Part shown: positions 62,949 to 64,000 of the stretch, one piece after another
Position numbering within the stretch: the stretch's first letter is position 1
Layout of the letters: the number at the start of each line of letters is the position of its first letter
Origin: Octopus sinensis
Lineage: Eukaryota
NCBI RefSeq assembly: GCF_006345805.1
Contig: NC_042999.1
Span: 142,848,001 to 142,912,000, forward strand
Length of the DNA stretch: 64,000 bases
Direction: 5' to 3'
Notes under the pieces: generated by a model
Told to the model about the DNA's origin: nothing
Databases searched by the model: none
The model's input: only the letters and a program-made list of their open reading frames with translations
Program-made: the position numbers and the translations under genes

Positions 62949-64000
62949 ATCTAGAGTGTGCACCAAGAAGGAAAGAGAGGAAGAAGGTCTAGGGCTAGGG
63001 CTTCAGATAGACCAGGAGAGATAAGATGGTTACATAGCAAAGTTTAAATACTTATATATGTAATCCGTGCATAGTACATCCCAAACATATATATATATAT
63101 ACACAGGCATATGCTTAGATGTATACAGCTCTCATAGAGATGCATGCATACAAGTATATGGTAGCAGGAGGAAAGTTACCAAAATATTATATTCATACAC
63201 ACAGGACAGGTGGAGTGCATAATGAGTTGCCAGGAAACAGTTCATGCATGTTTAAATGAAAATGGGTGTGTGTGGGGGGGGGGGAGAAAGGGTCAGGAGA
63301 AGTGGGTTACAAAGATGGGGACTGCCTTTAGAATCTATGAGAATCTACTGTAGTACCCTCATTATTATACAGACTTAATGAAAGAATTTGTAATACATAA
63401 TTATTATCAATACTATTAGAAGCATATACCAACAAATTTAGTAATTACCATCATCATCATCATTTAACAACTGTCTAACCTATGTTGGCATAGGTTAGAC
63501 AGTTTGATCAAAGTTGGTAAACCAGAAGGCTGCACCAGGCTCCAGTCATCTGTTTTGGCTTGGTTTCTACAACTGGATGCCCTTCCTAATGCCAATTACT
63601 CTACAGAGTGTACCGGGTGTCTTTTACAGGTCATCAGCACAAGTGCCTTTTTACATGTCACTGGCACTGATGAAACACTGTCAGTCAGCATATTTATCAT
63701 ACAAACATTTATGCAATAGAAAAAGGGTCTTTAACTGCACATGGCCTTAACATGATGTGACAGGGAATGTAAAAAGCACTGACAGAGCTAAATTTTACAA
63801 TAAAAACAAGAACTTAGCTATAGTTTCAGAGAGCACACTTCTGATCAAAATGAGTAATATTAGGGAAAATTTATTGTCTTGTATACAAATGGAGGCTGCA
63901 TTTAGAATCTACAAAAATCTATTCATATTCATAAAACATAAACTGAGCATATTTCTTTTATGCATAATGATGAATACTATCAAGCAGTTTAAAATCACTA

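Overview
Eukaryotic, AT-rich, repeat-dense animal DNA. The SINE, MITE and microsatellite repertoire looks like octopus or another coleoid cephalopod; this is my inference from recognising the repeats, not a database result. Two convergent spliced genes are present: the last five coding exons of a phosphatidylserine synthase 1 (PTDSS1-like, + strand, 246-7530) and the last nine coding exons (transmembrane half) of an ABCG2-like half-transporter (- strand, 61562-41740). All splice phases were checked by hand and are consistent. Between the genes is an ~18-kb pile-up of retroelements (22.1-40.3 kb) chained through (AAT)n microsatellites: an old R4/Dong-like LINE, two young R4/Dong-like copies, a near-intact Tx1/L1-clade LINE and a short non-autonomous element. 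The most unusual structure is a 3.7-kb cassette (27820-31497) that appears to interrupt the Tx1 3' UTR at a single A|T junction. It is bounded by two same-family Helitrons whose 3' CTAG ends both face outward, and it has a 533-bp near-perfect palindrome of Helitron-like 5' ends at its centre. Other notable items are a duplicated, covarying pseudoknot-like RNA motif in the old LINE 5' UTR, a SINE that shares its 3' tail with the Tx1 LINE, several fold-back or template-switch duplications (one ~1.1 kb in an ABCG2 intron), and Helitron, mariner/maT, hAT and Penelope-like remnants. Most short ORFs in the supplied track are spurious.
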